From NCBI RefSeq assembly GCF_964194025.1, contig NC_134470.1, positions 6,448,001 to 6,512,000 on the forward strand: 64,000 nucleotides of DNA, given 5' to 3'. Positions within the stretch are counted from its first letter, which is position 1, and each line of letters opens with the position of its first letter. Under the pieces are notes generated by a model. That model saw only the letters and a program-made list of their open reading frames with translations. It was not told the origin of the DNA and did not search any database. A program made the translations under genes and the position numbers. Source of the DNA: Convolutriloba macropyga. Lineage: Eukaryota. Below are positions 61,701 to 64,000 of this stretch, piece after piece.

Positions 61701-62537
61701 TAGTAATGAGCGGATTCAAATATTGCAAGAATCTTGCAAGATATCAATCAGGGCAAAAAAATAAATCGGGGTACAAATGTTTTTGGAAACATCTTTGAAT
61801 TAAATTATTGTTTATTGAAGAAATTATAAAACATAGTTCAATGAAAAAAAATTCACTTTTTGAATTCCGGAAAATTTATTTGTGTATATTTTTGGTAGCT
61901 GAAACTAAATAAAAACTAAATATCATGACTGATATCAGATCTCTTAATCAGCAAAACTGAAACTAAATGACTTTTTTTTCGTAAACGCCTTTTGAATGTG
62001 AAATCTTGCAAGAATCTTGCAAGATTCTCGCAAGATTTTAAATTTTTTTCATCACTAGGGTGCCGACAAAAAAGTTTTGCAGATTTGTTTGTAGTAAGTA
62101 TATCACAACAAAGACAACGTTGAATGCATTTAAGGAATGATTTTATCTGATATCAGATTAATTGATTGCTCAATTCAAAATAAAGTATAGAATATATATT
62201 TTTGGGTCAAGACCTTTTTTTACTTATTACATGTTTATGGAATGGTTCTAGTCATATACAAGCTACAACACACAAATATTGATATGAAAGTGGGTTAATC
62301 CGTTTTTTTTCATTTGCGCTGGAAGCCTATGTTAACAATTACTAAAGTGACATAATCTACTTACTTATGTCACATGCAGATGTATCTTGGGGTGGACAGG
62401 CGAGTACTTTGCAGTGTATGTAGACAGTGTTGAGGGTCACACTTCCAGAGATGTACCAGCCGAAGGCCTTGAACTGGAAGAATTCCTCGTCCAGTTCAGA
62501 GCCAGTTAGCCGTTCAAATGAGTCATCAGCAGGGCAC
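46720..62537 (-). CDS. ZP-domain single-pass membrane protein, paralog A, last three exons; gene continues right of the window
   Basis: Exons 62537-62365 (CPADD...VYIHCKVLACPPQDTSACDI), 48814-48695 (NCNKRHKRDLATG...VSSSPIVVVRRGISEQ) and 46895-46720 (TM, GQAYQRLDSNHAD, TAA). Same intron positions and phases as paralog B. Confidence 0.92.
50407..50465 (-). ncRNA. Twister ribozyme-like motif (type P1), copy 1, partly degenerate
   Basis: Minus strand: UGUUUG-U^AA-AUCC-GC-CGUAG-CCGU-U-CCC-CA-GC-CCGG-UUGAGAGAC-GGAA-GA-GGG-UAACA. T1 CCC/GGG and T2 GC/GC are intact; P2 and P4 each have one mismatch. Predicted cleavage between 50459 and 50458. Confidence 0.72.
50644..50700 (-). ncRNA. Twister ribozyme-like motif (type P1), copy 2
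   Basis: Minus strand: CUUUG-U^AA-CUCC-GC-CGUAG-CCGG-U-CCC-CA-GC-CCGG-UUGAGAGAA-GGAG-GA-GGA-AAAC. P2 CUCC/GGAG, P4 CCGG/CCGG and T2 are intact; T1 pairs at 2/3; P1 is weak. Closely matches the rice twister core as recalled from memory (UAACACUGCCAAUGCCGGUCCCAAGCCCGG...GUGGAGGG). Predicted cleavage between 50695 and 50694. Confidence 0.78.
51650..52380 (+). repeat. Purine (A/G)-rich low-complexity tract
   Basis: Strong A/G bias with (ag)n; the minus-strand Phe/Leu/Ser ORFs are by-products. Confidence 0.8.
54170..60405 (-). mobile_element. Second, different Bel/Pao retrotransposon, decayed and 3'-truncated, in an intron of ZP paralog A (sense to the gene)
   Basis: Gag LPKISLDHFSGDPLMWHQWYSFFKS, knuckles CVNCLKIHESGFC...CIRFHHSTLH, protease-like LLDRG, WYLPHHP / SLNDALLTGPDL, RT YMDDF, FTDAS, HDCGHHG and PHFGGVRERLIKSAKR. 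Homology stops at ~54170. PBS-like tggttcctttcactccga follows CA at 60406. No LTR pair found. Confidence 0.9.
60750..60912. mobile_element. MITE with GG...CC termini and 8-bp TSD (Merlin-like)
   Basis: 17-bp perfect TIR ggatctattctgtttcg; flanks gatgtggt / ggtgtggt (7/8). Confidence 0.7.
61698..62060. mobile_element. Non-autonomous CCC...GGG element with 2-bp TSD, CTTGCAAG-motif family
   Basis: TIR ccctagtaatga / tcatcactaggg (11/12), TG on both flanks; cttgcaag motifs near both ends. Confidence 0.7.
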
Positions 62538-63646
62538 CTGCGCCAGTGTTTCCAATTAACATGAAAGTTATATGAAAGCAAAAATCAAAATCTTATTGGC
62601 ATATCCGAAAAGGTACAATTATTGTTAACTTGACATCGCAAGATGTTTTAAAACAGGCTATATATATTTCCGACAAAATTACTGTAAAACAAGGTGATGT
62701 AACTTAATTCCATAAAATTTAATGTTTTTCGAAAAATTTCGAGAGTATTTGAGATCGATAGACTTTTTGATTTGAACTTAAATATAATCGAAGTTTTTGC
62801 GATATGTATTTTTTCTGTGAAACATTTTGCATTTTGCTGGAAAATAAATTCTTTGAAATCCAATCGGGTGGTTAATACGTTCTCAATTTCATCGATTTGT
62901 CAACGAAGTGATTTAACGCGTCCGGTGTCGAACAACTTAAACAAACTTTAAAATTGTTGAATTGATGATTTTAAAACCAAAATCTTTTCAGGTAAAAAAA
63001 ATAACTGCAAACCTTTCATCAAAAGCTCAAGTCAGAAAATATGCCCTCTCTCATAATATTTTGAAAAATGAGAGTGGAAAAAAAATTTTCTCAGTCAAAA
63101 GAAAGAAAGTTCTGAAGAGCGTTTCAAAAAGCGGATCCGAAAACAAAACACTGTCTTTTAACATTAAGGATTAAATTACAGGGGTTTCGATGCGCTGCTA
63201 GGTTTAAGTTGACTTTAAAACCTTTTAGCTGATCGATAACCATTGATTTTTTCAACTAAACAGAAAACGAAGGTTTAAATGACAAATCATTTTTCTCATG
63301 CCAGTTTGCTGAAAAATAATTTTCGAAGCACGCAAGAAATGACCTGCTTTTCTTTTTCTATTATCTAATTTATTTATTGCTGTCCAATTCCTTCGGCTAA
63401 TATCTGATTTAAACAGAATTTCAGCAAGCACTTGATATAATTGCTTTTTTATCTCATTTTTTTCTCTTCTTTTTGTAGTTTATAAGATATTCCCATGGTT
63501 TCTGCGTTTTCAATATGGCTGAATGTTGTGAACAATTTCTCTATCTTTTGATGCAGAATCAGTAATTATGTAATCTGTAAAGGTCTTTGTTTTCGTCTTT
63601 TTGAATTGGTTATAGATGAGTATGTATATTTTAGGTTATGCGGTTA

Positions 63647-63929
63647 CCCGTACCTAATGCTAAGGCTATTTCAGTACTTATTCAGAGTCTAATTCAGGTA
63701 ACATTTTGCACTGAATTTTCCTGATTCAGAGCTCATTCAGTGATTCATTGTGAATTATCTTCTCATTCAGAAGAAAACTGAACAATTTCTCTAAACTTTA
63801 CTCTGATTCAGAGGAGATCAGAAATCACTTCACAGTTGTTTTTGAAATGTTTCTGAATAAGTACAAAAAATGAAGTTCTCTTAAATTGTTCTGAATCAAT
63901 ACTGATACGTATCAATACTTACGTACGGG
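63647..63929. mobile_element. Non-autonomous CCC...GGG element with 2-bp TSD, CTGATTCAG-motif family
   Basis: TIR cccgtacctaa / ttacgtacggg (10/11), TA on both flanks; ctgattcag / ctgaatca motifs. Related motifs at ~3810-3930 and ~35570-35720. Confidence 0.65.
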
Positions 63930-64000
63930 TAGAAACAGCATCAATTGATTTCAGTACTTTTTGCCCTGATGATAAAAGTGAAAATCAATTCAAGGAACAA

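Noticed and set aside
17981-62537. ZP copies A and B as uncollapsed alleles (false duplication)
   Set aside because: About 7% or more exon divergence, a 3-codon indel, different stop codons, and unalignable introns and 3' flanks favour paralogy. Not formally excluded without read-depth data.

Overview
AT-rich, repeat-dense animal (metazoan) genomic DNA with one 200-N scaffold gap (45528-45727). The species cannot be determined from the sequence. The host genes are short GT-AG exons that the ORF track mostly misses, and all lie on the minus strand. (i) Two tandem paralogs encode zona pellucida (ZP)-domain transmembrane proteins. Copy B has 7 phase-consistent exons (45377..17981, 431 aa visible: ZP-N, ZP-C, furin site RQKR, EHP, TM helix, YLRL tail). 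Copy A shows only its last 3 exons (62537..46720, RHKR, YQRL tail). (ii) One exon of a dual-specificity phosphatase-like gene lies at 4597..4374. The rest is mostly mobile DNA: a decayed Gypsy 3' half, a full-length decayed Bel/Pao (both LTRs, PBS, CTCAA TSD), a second truncated Bel/Pao, a deleted Tc1-type element, two Helentron-type (HINE) elements, a Maverick/Polinton-like integrase relic, at least six CCC...GGG 2-bp-TSD non-autonomous elements, several MITEs and a 21-bp minisatellite. The most unusual signal is a ~236-bp tandem dimer (~50320-50785) in which each unit carries a twister-ribozyme-like core. It lies inside a DNA-transposon derivative, in the sense orientation of a ZP-gene intron. 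This is a retrozyme-like arrangement that could release a 236-nt circularisable RNA. All alignments and counts were done by eye.
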